Positions 25,159 through 36,029 of a stretch of 64,000 nt of DNA are shown in pieces. How positions within the stretch are numbered: the stretch's first letter is position 1; the number at the start of each line of letters is the position of its first letter. Made by a program: the position numbers and the translations under genes. The notes under the pieces were generated by a model. That model saw nothing but the letters and a program-made list of their open reading frames with translations. It made no database searches and was not told the DNA's origin. This stretch comes from Takakia lepidozioides (lineage: Eukaryota > Plantae > Bryophyta). Location of the stretch: the NCBI GenBank assembly GCA_030704615.1, contig CM060734.1:30380001-30444000 (forward strand). Direction: 5' to 3'.

Positions 25159-25775
25159 TGAGCCATCTTAGGGTGATCCGGCCGTAGTCTGATAGCCAAC
25201 TTACGCCGTGTCATGCCCCGAGCCTGCTCCGATCCTCCCAGAGATGTCTGTATCTGGAACGGACAAGGCTCCATATCCGCCTCCGTGAGGCCCAAGCCTG
25301 CAATAGCAGCTCTGCCCAGCATCAATGGCTGAGCTCCCGAGTCTAACAAGACCCGCAGTGGCCGGTACCTCTTGCCTGCCGGTCCACTCAAACAGAAAAT
25401 GTCATCTTGGTTGTCTAACATGACAACTCCAGGTGTCACCATGGCGCGCTCAATGGCTGGCCTAGTTGGCAGCTCCATCAACCTGGCAGCTGCAGCTTGC
25501 CATGGCGCCGCCGTGGCAGTCTTGACCCTCAAATCCAAGGATCCCTCCGGCACTACACCTCCCACTATCTCCGCAGAAGATGAAGTAACCTCCCCACTCT
25601 CACAGAGTGTAGCTGCCAGCCTGAACACCTCAGCTGGTTTTACGTCACAATCATGGTAGCCGAGAACAATGGAGCCTGGCACACAGATGTGGCCGCTCCT
25701 AGCAGCACACTCGCTGCCGTAGCCTTGGCAAACACTAGGTAGTGGTGCTACCCGTGTAGCTCTCCCCAATGGCAT
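25155..25775 (-). pseudogene. Aspartic protease region of copy b
   Basis: RVLLDSGAQPLMLG active site; continues through one frameshift into AIVTDAVSYDVLVGG. Confidence 0.85.
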
Positions 25776-27544
25776 AGTAACCTCCGCCTCGGTAAAGTCG
25801 GGCGAGAACTAGGTGCCATGGATGGCGTCGACACTGTCTCCGCCAATGTGAATGACTGAGGAAGCCTAGCCTGATGGCTTGCCTCCCCACGCTGTGGATC
25901 CAACTCCACCTCTCCACCTCGTGGCTCAGGAACTCGTGTTGCTCCTCGAGTCACGGCTGCAACAGACTCCTCCTGCACTAGTGGTAGTGCTGCTCCACAC
26001 ATGAATCCCATGCCTCCCATATCTCCTCCCTCAGGAGCTGGAGGTGGACCATCCGGCCTTAGAGCCGGTACCACCTGAGCTGTAGCCATGGCAGCGAGCC
26101 TCTGCTCTAGCTGCTGAAGCCGGTTGGCCATGCCTTGGTCAACACCTTGACCTCCGTGCCCTTGGCCATGTTGAGCTTGCCCTTGGCCTGCACCTCGTGG
26201 CTGGCCACCTCGTCCTCTCTGGGCTGCTCCACCTCGCCCCCGGCCACCATTGTTCCCTTGGAACTGGCCTGGGCGCAACTCAGGATGCAAACCATAACAC
26301 TGGGCCTCTCCATGCCCGTGCTTGCCACAATGCCCACACTGTAACTGTGCAGGCTGTGCATGTGCCGACCCTTTGCCTCCCTCTGGGCAATCCTTCTTGA
26401 CATGGGGTCCTCCACATGTCCAGCACACCACATCCGCCCGTTGTTGGCCAGCAAATGAAGGGAAGACCCCTGCATCTGAGGTCCTCTCTGCCCTTCCCTG
26501 AGCTTCACCTGAGCCCCCTTGTTGCCTTGAGCACGTTGAGGTAGTGGTTGGCTAGGAGCACCACTACCCCGTGGTGTCTCCTTAGCAAATCCCACCATGA
26601 CCACTCGTTCCTCCACCATGTTGAGCTCTATCCACTCTGCCAGCAAAAACACATTTGCTAAGGTGGAATGGGTCGCTTGTAGAAGAGTTTTATCCCGCAC
26701 CCTTCTCCTCAGCTCCTTGTCCAATATCCCATACCAGAATTGGACTGCCTGAGCTTCCGTAACCCCTTGGGTTACATTTATCAAGCGCCTCATGCGAGTG
26801 AAAGCCTCCCTCAAGCTCTCGGTCGGCTTCCGTTGGAACTCTTGTAAGCTCCGCAACTTCTCTGTCCTCACCCCTTGGTAGTTCCCTCTCAACTCTTCGA
26901 AGAACTCCACAACAGGGTTGAAGGCAGGCACGGGTGCTAGTGCTGGTGCGGTAGTGGCTTGGGTGGACGTCGTAACTACTGTACCACCAGTCCCACTGCT
27001 ACTCGCTGAAGCTGCCGGTGCAGCGGCAGGTGTAGCCACTGCCCTCGTGGCTCTAGTGCCCCTAGTGATGGAGACATAGTCGGGTGACCAGTACATCCTC
27101 CACTCCTCGATCTCAACCTCATGCACCCGCCTGAACTCATGGTAATCATCCATAGGCGGCCCTCAAGGTGCTGAAACAGCCCTTTCCATGCTATGAACGG
27201 CGTAAATAGTTGTGGATTGCGCATTTGCTGCAAATCACACCAACTATCAAACTCTTGGATAAAATCATCCAACTCAATGGTGCCCACCGCCCCAGAGTAC
27301 CTTCGTGGCCCCTTGGTAGCTCCATACATCTCCTCTTTTGTGTCCACAACAATGGCAAAGAAACAACTTGCACCGCCGGTATGAGTCCTCCTGATTCACA
27401 ATCCGAATCAGAACCTTCCGTGGAAGACACAGGAGGTGAAGGTGGCCTAAACCGCACACCTCGTCTCGTGTACCCCTTAGTATCGCTAGTGCTCAAACCG
27501 GCACTGTCCCCAGCAACTAGTGGCACCTCTGTGTTGACACTCAA
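25748..27544 (-). pseudogene. gag: gag of copy b (frameshifted) with two CCHC-type knuckles
   Basis: ELDDFIQEFDSWC, FQRKPTESLREAFTRMRRL, CWTCGGPHVKKDC and CGHCGKHGHGEAQC. Confidence 0.85.
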
Positions 27545-28282
27545 CCGGTCATGAACATGTCCCTAACCCCCTCTCCACAAGGTAACCGGGTAGAGAACCT
27601 GTTGCGGCTTATGGTTTGGAATACTAAGTTCCTAACATAGCCTACACCTGTACCTGCATCCACCGCAAGCACTCCTATGGTTGGCTGGTCATCACCTCCA
27701 ACCTCACCACAGGAGAAACAATGATGGTCTGGCTGGTCATCACCCCAGCCTCACCATCGACAGCATGCTCTAGGACTGGCCGGTGATCAAATCCGGACCA
27801 ATCACCTATAAAAACAAGCGCCCACACAAAACTAGCATGGCGCACAGTCAAGCATGCAGGTATGGAGGGGATCCAAACACAAGAAATCAGAATGACAACT
27901 CCCCCACACCAAAAACAACTCCACGGTGTTGCTCCTGCAAGGACACCCCAGCCCAAACCCGGACTGACTCTTGCCTCCACCTACGGAAAGGTCTTGGCCT
28001 AATGAGAGGGTGGAAACTACGAGGAAGAGAAGCTAAAGCAATGCCTAACCCCAACACTGCCCTCATCCCAACACTCTTGCTCTCCTCTCTTCCCTCACTT
28101 GCATGACCATGGGAATATCATGAAGATACTCCTCAAACCGCCCTCCACGAGCTTCAAAATTCGGCCTTCCAGACCACATGCCAGTCCTTAGGCAGTCCAC
28201 CAGTGCCTCCACGAGTCAGCACAGGCCGTCCACAGGTCAACACGGGCCACCACAGACCAGCACAGGCCTACACAGCTCACTG

Positions 28283-29540
28283 GTCACAGCCGTCACAGTC
28301 CCACAGGCCACTGGGCACAGCATGTCACAGCCCCTCATAGCCCATCACAGCTCGCCACAGCCTGTCACAGCCTGTCACAGCCCCGCACAGCCCCTCACAG
28401 CCCCTCACAGCCCCTCACAGCTCGCCACAGCCTCTCACAGCCCCAAAGGCCTCAGGCACGGCCTGACACAGCCCGTCACAGCCCCAAAGGCCACGGGCAC
28501 AGCCTGTCACAGCCCCTCACAGCCCGTCACAGCCCCACAGGCCACTGGGCACAGCCTGTCACAGCCCCGCACAGCCCATCACAGCCCCACAGGCCTCAGG
28601 CACGGCTATCACAGCCCCTCACAGCCCGTCACAGCCCCAAAGGCCTCAGGCACGGCCTGTCACAGCCCCTCACAGCCCATCACAGCCCCAAAGGCCATGG
28701 GCACAGCCTGTCACAGCCCCTCACAGCCCGTCACAGCCCCACAGGCCACTGGGCACAGCCTGTCACAGCCCCTCACAGCCCGTCACAGCTCGCCACAGCC
28801 CCTCACAGCCCCAAAGGCCTCAGGCACGGCCTGACACAGCCCCTCACAGCCCCAAAGGCCATGGGCACAGCCTGTCACAGCCCCTCACAGCCCGTCACAG
28901 CCCCACAGGCCATTGGGCACAACCTGTCACAGCCCCGCACAGCCCGTCACAGCCCCACAGGCCACTGGGCACAGCCTGTCACAGCCCCTCACAGCCCAAA
29001 GGCCACGGGCACAGCCTGTCACATCCGGTCACAGCCCGTCACAGCCCCACAGGCCTCAGGCACGGCCTGTCACAGCCCTCACAGCCCATCACAGCCCCAA
29101 AGGCCATGGGCATAGCCTGTCACAGCCCCACAGGCCACTGGGTACAGCCTGTCATAGCCCCGTACAGCCCGTCACAGCCCCACAGGCCACTGGGCACAGC
29201 CTGTCACAGCCCCGCACAGCCCGTCACAGCTCGCCACAGCCTGTCACAGCCCCACAGGCCTCAGGCACGGCCTGACACAGCCCCTCACAGCCCGTCACAG
29301 CCCAAAGGCCTCAGGCACAGCCCCTCACAGCCCCTCACAGCCCCAAAGGCCTCAGGCACGGCCTGTCACAGCCCCTCACAGCCCATCACAGTCCCAAAGG
29401 CCATGGGCACAGCCTGTCACAGCCCATCACAGCCCCCAAGGCCATCGGCACAGCCCATCACAGGCCCTCACAGCCCGTCACAGCCCCGAAGGCCATGGGC
29501 ACAGCCTGTCACAGCCCCTCACAGCCCCTCACAGCCCCAT
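28283..29540. repeat. Minisatellite array in the leader of copy b
   Basis: ~1.25 kb of TCACAGCC(C/T)(G/C) 10-mers interspersed with CCCACAGGCCACTGGGCACAG / CCCAAAGGCCTCAGGCACGG units. Confidence 0.95.
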
Positions 29541-31055
29541 CCATGGCCGCTCTGGCAGTTTAGCCATTTCTCCAAGGGGTTTAGCCACGCCAAGCTAGGG
29601 TTTGTGTCTCTTGGACTCTAGGCTTCTTTCCACCGAGCTATGGCGGCTGTGAGGAAATCAGCAAGGTATTCTTGCTCTTTCAGCTCCCACACACCACCAT
29701 AGTAGCCCTAAGCCATGAGGTGGTTGCCACAAACCAAGCCTTCTTTCTCACTTAGCCTCCCCAAACACGCCACTAAACTCAATGGCAAACAACCAAGCCC
29801 TGCTGGTTCCCAGCTCTTGTGAGCACTCATTCAAGCACTCTCCTTGGCCATAACATCTGTCTTAGAGCCTATTCCAGCCCCCTACACCTGCTGCTTCAAG
29901 AGTTGCGCTCCCTTCAAGCTTGAAGTTGAAACCCCAACTCACATAGGCCCTACAAGTGCTTTTCTTTCACTCCAAGTGGAAACCAGCCCTAGACCTTCCA
30001 TTCTAGCTCTCTAAAGCTTGAAAACAAGAGCCTCAATGGGCTGAAGGCATGCTCCACACATGCCCCACTCTCACCATAAGAGAATCAGCTCCTTTGCTTC
30101 ATTTCTTGCACCCACAAACCTGAAAATACAAGCTTCAGCAGGCTGAAAGCATGCTCCACATGCCCTACAGGGAAACCAGCCCCTTCCTTCCTTTCTTGCA
30201 CTCCCACACCTGAAAGTGCAAGCCTTCACCAGGCTGATAGCATGCTCCACACATGCATTGCCCTCACATAAGGGAAGTCAGCCCTTCCCTCTTCCTTGCT
30301 TGCCCTCCAAGCTTGAAGATGGAAGCTTCAATGAGCTGAATACATGCTCCACACATGCAACCTCTTCACACAAGAGATATCAGCCCCCTATCTTGGCTCC
30401 TTGGCTCCTTGATGCTCTCTAAGACAAGACCAAGCACTCCACAGCCTTTGCCAAGCTCCTGAAACCCTAAGGCTTACATTTCCAGCCACAAGACACTTCT
30501 CTTGTGGTGCAAGAGCTCTTCTTCCAAGCTCTGAAACCCTAGGTGCACATTCCATGGCCTTGCCGCACCTCTTAGCTCCTGTTCCAGCCCTGCTCTTGCC
30601 ATGACAAGAGCCCTCTCAATGCTAAAGCTCGAGATTAAAACCCAATCTCACCATATCCACAAAGTGCACTAATTTGCCCCAAGCCAAATCAGCCCTTTCG
30701 CTTGGTCTTGCAATCCTTCACACAATGAAAGCTCGCATTCCCAAGTCCAGTTCTCAGCTTTGCCACCAAAGCCACTATAACCTGCTCTTGACTGGTCTCT
30801 TCCCAATCATGCTTGCTCATGCATGTACACAATCTGAAACCATCAAGGTGCTCTGGAATTACCTGCAGCATGGTGCTTTCATCTCTGAAGCTGAAGATCG
30901 AATGCCAAAGTCTACCACCTCGTAACCCACATCGCCTCCGCTTCTAACAACCAAGAGCTCCACGGTGCTCCTTGCATAACAACTTGGTTTCTCTCATTCT
31001 CAAGCAAAAACCACAAGTGCTACAATTAACTCGTATCTGGCACTCACAGATACGA

Positions 31056-31071
31056 GCTGATCTTTCTCGAG
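31056..31071 (-). promoter_or_regulatory. Putative self-priming primer-binding site of copy b
   Basis: CTCGAGAAAGATCAGC directly after the ..TTTATCA end of A1; complementary to GCTCATCTTTCTCGAG inside A1 (31252-31237). Confidence 0.7.
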
Positions 31072-31398
31072 TGATAAAGAAGAAGAATACAAGCACAAGC
31101 TCATGCGAGCTCACAAAGCTGAAGCATAAACTCAGGCATATATAACCTCATCACTCAAATACAAGTCAAGCCAAGTGCACCCCACGCCATGGGGAATCCA
31201 CACTACGGCGCCATAGCTAGGCGCGGTGAGGCTCAACTCGAGAAAGATGAGCCTTCCGCGCTTGCCGTGAAGATAACCAATCCAGGGCCTAAATCTGCCT
31301 TGACCCCTGGATTGACACTTGGGCCAATCCCAAATGTCAATATGTAAAAGCTAGCTATTTCCTAGCTAGTTTCACACTAGTGGTAAAATAACTTGACA

Positions 31399-34300
31399 TG
31401 GCGAAAGTGAGTTAACTTTCAACAATCTTACTTTTGCTCAATTTTCACATTCGATTTGGCATAAGTGATGTTGGGATGTCTGCCATAATGCAAACTATTG
31501 CGGACTATATCATTGCTCCATACTTGAAACCCAAGATGCCATGGTCGCGGAAAGAGGCGCGTGAAGTCTTGGACTCTGTGGGGATAGGCTATAAGATTTT
31601 TCATGCATGTCCATGTGATAAAACCCTATACTACGGAGATGATTCGCGTCTCCCCAAGTGCCCAAAGTGCAAGAAAGACCGATATCGGGATGATGTCCAA
31701 GGGAAAAAAATACCACGCAAGGTATAAGCGTCATTCCCCCTCGAATGGAAATTATTTTCTTTAATCTTCTCAATGCATGTAAAGTGTATTCCACAAAGTT
31801 TAGGGATTAGAGAGTAGTACTCATGCAAGGAGCGACGTTCAATTTTGACCATTCACGCCCAAATGAGGGAGAGGCTGCATAAAGGGAAATACATAAGGGT
31901 GTTGTATTATGTGTGCTAATGGGATGATTACATGTGGGGGACGTGGGGTATTTCATCCTAGAAAATGCATTACTTTCTGATCATCCCACGATTGAGGGCA
32001 CAATACCGAAGCCCTGAATTGGCCAGAAAGGTGTGCGGGCCACAAGATTCACAAACATGGAGGCATACTGAAGAGATGTGGCATTTTCTCTTGGAGGACC
32101 CACGACATGTCCACCTCGGCTTCTCTCGGATGGGGTCAACCCATTCTCTGTCCAGTCATGTAGTCATTCCACCTTGCCGGTGACCATGGTGAATTACAAC
32201 ATCCCTCCGTATCTTTCAATAAAAAAAAGGCCATATCATGTTGGCTGCCATTGTGCCAGATGAGTGTTCTCATTTCATGTTTATTATTTCCTTGGACTTT
32301 ACATTAAACTTCTGATCTCTGGCGCAATTCGGATGCAAGATTGATGAGTGACAGAATCATGGAGTAAGACGTGTAATTCATTTTGTAGTATAATTTGCAT
32401 ATTGGTGGAGCATTGAAACAACGATGAGAATGTTAGAAACAAGTGACAAACATGGACACGTACTTGCGACCTCTTGTTGATGAACTTAAGGAACTATGGA
32501 GGGGGGTCCCGGCATTGGATGTTTCACTTGACCCTATGGCCGGACAATCTTTTCAGATGAGAGGCATCTTGCTTTGGACAATGCATGATTATCCAGGTAT
32601 ATTATGTTCCCCATGAACAACCCGCGTACATTCACTTGTCAATGCCGGATAATATCGATGAGGATTGGGATTGATTGAAGTAGCGGCGACAGTCTTGTGC
32701 ACCGTAGTGGGGTACATGACATTATGGGCCATGCACATGACAACTTTTTGTCTTTGCTAATGTGGCGGGATATGTAGTACATGACTATTTGTTTGATTGG
32801 GGCTAAGCACCAAAGGGTACCATGCATGCTTGCATTGTGGCGATGATCTTGATGCACATAGCTCCCGCCATCTTCACAAGATGGTGTATCCCAACTACCG
32901 CAAGTTTCTTCCTATGAGCCATCGATGGAAAAGAAGAGAGAAACACTTGTTTGATGGCAAAGAGAAAGTACGTTTCCCCCCCTGTGACACCATCCGGGCA
33001 ATTTTGGGAGGACCGATGGAAGGAGGCCCATGCGGGCACGGACGGTGAAGTGGACGTGCCCGACATGAAACGACTTTCAATCTTCTACAAGTTGTCATAT
33101 TGGGCGGTACATATTCCACAAGAACACCATCAATATCCTTATGTATGCACGTGATATTGCACATTTTGTATGAATCACATTGTCACTTTCACGTCAAAAT
33201 ATTTGTGTAAGTTTTTGTGGGTGAAGTATATGTAGGACCTGAAGATTCGCCATCTTCTAGATCCCATGCATATTGAGAAGAATGTCTGTTCATCCATTTT
33301 CCGGGTTCTTCATGGCACGCCAGCAAAGAAGGGAGTGGCTGCAAAAGGAGATTTTCTTGGTGTTAGAAAGGAGCTTGAGGAGCAGGGTCACATGCGCCAT
33401 CTATGGGTCGAACAAAATGGTGTGGACCCAAAGGGTGTTGTACGGTGGAAGTATAGGCGCGCATTTTGGCAATGGACAAATGAGGAATACAAGAAAGTGA
33501 TAGCCACCATAAGTGTTGTCCGAACACCAACTGGTTATGGGTCATCCCTCTGTACGAAGTTCAGCGAAGAAGACGGGGTCTATGGTTGAAGTCTCATGAC
33601 TACCACAATCTATTGCAAGACATCTTGCCCATTGCAGTACATGGGACATTGACTCCCGAGGTTCATGAGACATTATATAGATTGGGAGGCTTGTTCCGGT
33701 GGATTTACTCCAAAGAGTTGGAGGAAGCGGATTTTCCACGCATGAAGAAGGAGGCGGCGGAGGTAATGTGTATGTTGGAGATTTCTTCCTCCTTCTTTGA
33801 CATCCAAGTACACTTGGTAGTGCACTTAGTGGAAGAGGCTTCGATTTCCGGCCCTATTCATTCTCGGTGGACGTACTTCCTTGAGCATTATATTAAGACT
33901 TTGAAAGCATTTGTAAGACAAATGGCGCACCCGAAGAGTAGCATGGCGGAGGGGTATACGTTGCAAGAAGCTATGTTCTATTGCACGGAGTACATGACAA
34001 GGGTGGATGAGGAAGCCCCTCGGGTGTGAAAGGAAGAGGAGGATGCACGAACCAATGACATCGTTTTGCCCAAAAAATCAAAGAGGGTAAAATTGCCGAC
34101 CTTGGTGATTGAGCAAGTGCATGATTTCATACTGAAGAACACCCCATCCATACACGAGTGGGAGGCAAGATACAATAACCTTGTTCAACAACGAGAGGAG
34201 GAGACGCTTGCATGGAGGCGAAACCATCCAAGGCCGGTTACTAGACGCCCTCGACGAGGAGTGGGCCGCCGGAATGTTCCTTCACAAAATTTGCCCATGG

Positions 34301-35205
34301 AATTGCAGCCTCTAAGTTCATTCCAACAGTGGTTTCAGACTTCAGTTTATGACGCCGTTGCTCAAGGAGAGGTGGTTTCAGATTTGGTGCAAGACATTGC
34401 TTGGGGCCCCTCTCAATTCGCGACCTCATACACGGCGGTTTGGGTTCACGATCGTCATTTCCGCATTTGTGCTCTTGACATGAAGCGCAAAACAACCTTT
34501 GATTCTAACTTGTGTGCCACATATATGCAAGACTCCGTGTGGGGGTGCAAGGGAGATACATGACCTGTTATGAGCAAACTTGAGTACATTGGAGAGGTTG
34601 AGAGCATACTCTAACTTTGGTATACAAAGTACCGGCCTCTTCTCTTCAAGGGAAGGTGGTTCCAGCCATATCTTGTGGGGCCCTCCGCAACACTAGTGCA
34701 AGATGATTGTGATTTCATGCATGTCAATGCAGATAGACTCAACCCTACTCATCGTCCCTCCGATGAGCCTTTTTCATGGCTTTCAGACATGGAGCAAGTT
34801 TTCTTCTTCGACGACAAAACAAGAGGAGGAAATTGGAAGATGGTTGTGCATGCTCAGCCAAGAGGAAGATGTATGTATCATGGTCTCGGATCTACATGAG
34901 GTGGGGCAATTGCGGTGGAGGGAGAGACTGGTCATAATGATGCTGATGATGGAGCTTGGGTAGAGGGGGTAGAAGAGGATGATGACGCCCCGGAGAATGC
35001 ATCCCGGACCCTATATGATGAAGCTCCAGAAGATACGGATGTTGGACAAGGAGATGAAGACACGGCCATTGACAACGAGGTGAAGGATGATTCGGAGGTG
35101 CCTTTTGAGGGCCGGACCATTTATGACGATGACTCCGATGACCAAGAAGACTTGCAGCTTGATGAGGATGAAGAAGCTCCGGATGATGATGTTCAAGTTG
35201 ATTAG
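31399..35205 (+). pseudogene. CACTA TnpD-like transposase (multi-exon, decayed); N-terminal part at ~20480-20769
   Basis: HACPCDKTLY, HYFLIIPRL, DGVNPF, DTYLRPLVDELKELW, LLWTMHDYP, LDPMHIEKNV, KSHDYHNLLQ, FFDIQVHLVVHL, SMAEGY. Confidence 0.9.
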
Positions 35206-36029
35206 ACACGTAATCAAAGCTACATAATAATTCTCGTACCGAACTGCACCCATCCCTTCGATTGATTGTACATGTACATGCATATTGTAGCTTATTTCTA
35301 TGATTGATCAAATATGGCTGTGGCTGGTAGTCTTTCAAGAAAGAAGGCGCCGGCAATGAATATGTCAGAGCAACACATACAGATGTGGTATCAAGAGAAT
35401 TATCAAAATGAATGTCACAATCTACAAGAAGGTCCACAACAACAAGCTACACCATAAAGAAAAACAAACACCCTACCCAGTACCATATGAAAAAAAAAAA
35501 AAAAAAAAAAACTAAGAACTCCAAAATGCTCTAAACCTAAACCTATAAAGCCCTACCGTCGCTGCCTGCGACACCAACGCATCGCAGAATGCGACGCATT
35601 TTTTTGGATTTGCGAGGCCGGGGGTCGCAAGCGGCGACGGAATGCCGTCGCAGGCTGCGACCCGTTTTTTTTTTTTTTTAAAGAAAAAGACAACCCCTGT
35701 TTGTGACGTCCGGCCATCGCTTGGGCCTTTTGCCCTTCATGCCACCATGCGACGGTCGGGTGTCGCAAGAAAGGGCAAGAAAAGGGCTGTCTTCTCCCCT
35801 TCGCTGGGGGGCGACGCTTGGGCGTCGCATGGAAGGGTTGCCTTCTGCCCTTGCGACAGTCGGGCGTCGCCGCCTGGCCCTAGCGCTAGGTGGCGGCCCG
35901 TGGGGTCTGTTTGCGACGGCCCGACGTCGCAAAAAAGTGCCACAGGGTTGGCGTCGCACGCTCGGCGGCGCGCGGGGCGTGGGGGTGCGGCTGGCGTCGC
36001 AAAACCCCCCATTTGTTGTAGTGTATTTT

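Larger units (their letters stand above)
20770..31398 (-). mobile_element. Split-repeat DNMT/PHD gypsy family, copy b (A1 31398-31072; B1 21355-21168; A2 21165-20977; B2 20957-20770)
   Basis: Termini TGTCAAG...GCACGACA on the minus strand; 4-bp TSD CGGC (20766-20769)/TGGC (31399-31402); gag-PR-DNMT-RT-RH-(IN core deleted)-PHD; PPT before B1. Confidence 0.9.
20299..36023 (+). mobile_element. CACTA (En/Spm) DNA transposon, 5'-truncated, interrupted by copy b
   Basis: Right TIR ATTTGTTGTAGTG (36011-36023); subterminal CGTCGCA/TGCGACG repeats (35555-36000); TnpD-like coding remnants. Confidence 0.85.

Noticed and set aside
28283-29540. CRISPR-like array
   Set aside because: No unique spacers, no cas genes, eukaryotic context.
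28178-29621. Long plus-strand ORFs (218, 120 and 171 aa; HSPSQPVTAP repeats)
   Set aside because: Translations of the minisatellite; open in several frames because the repeat lacks stops.
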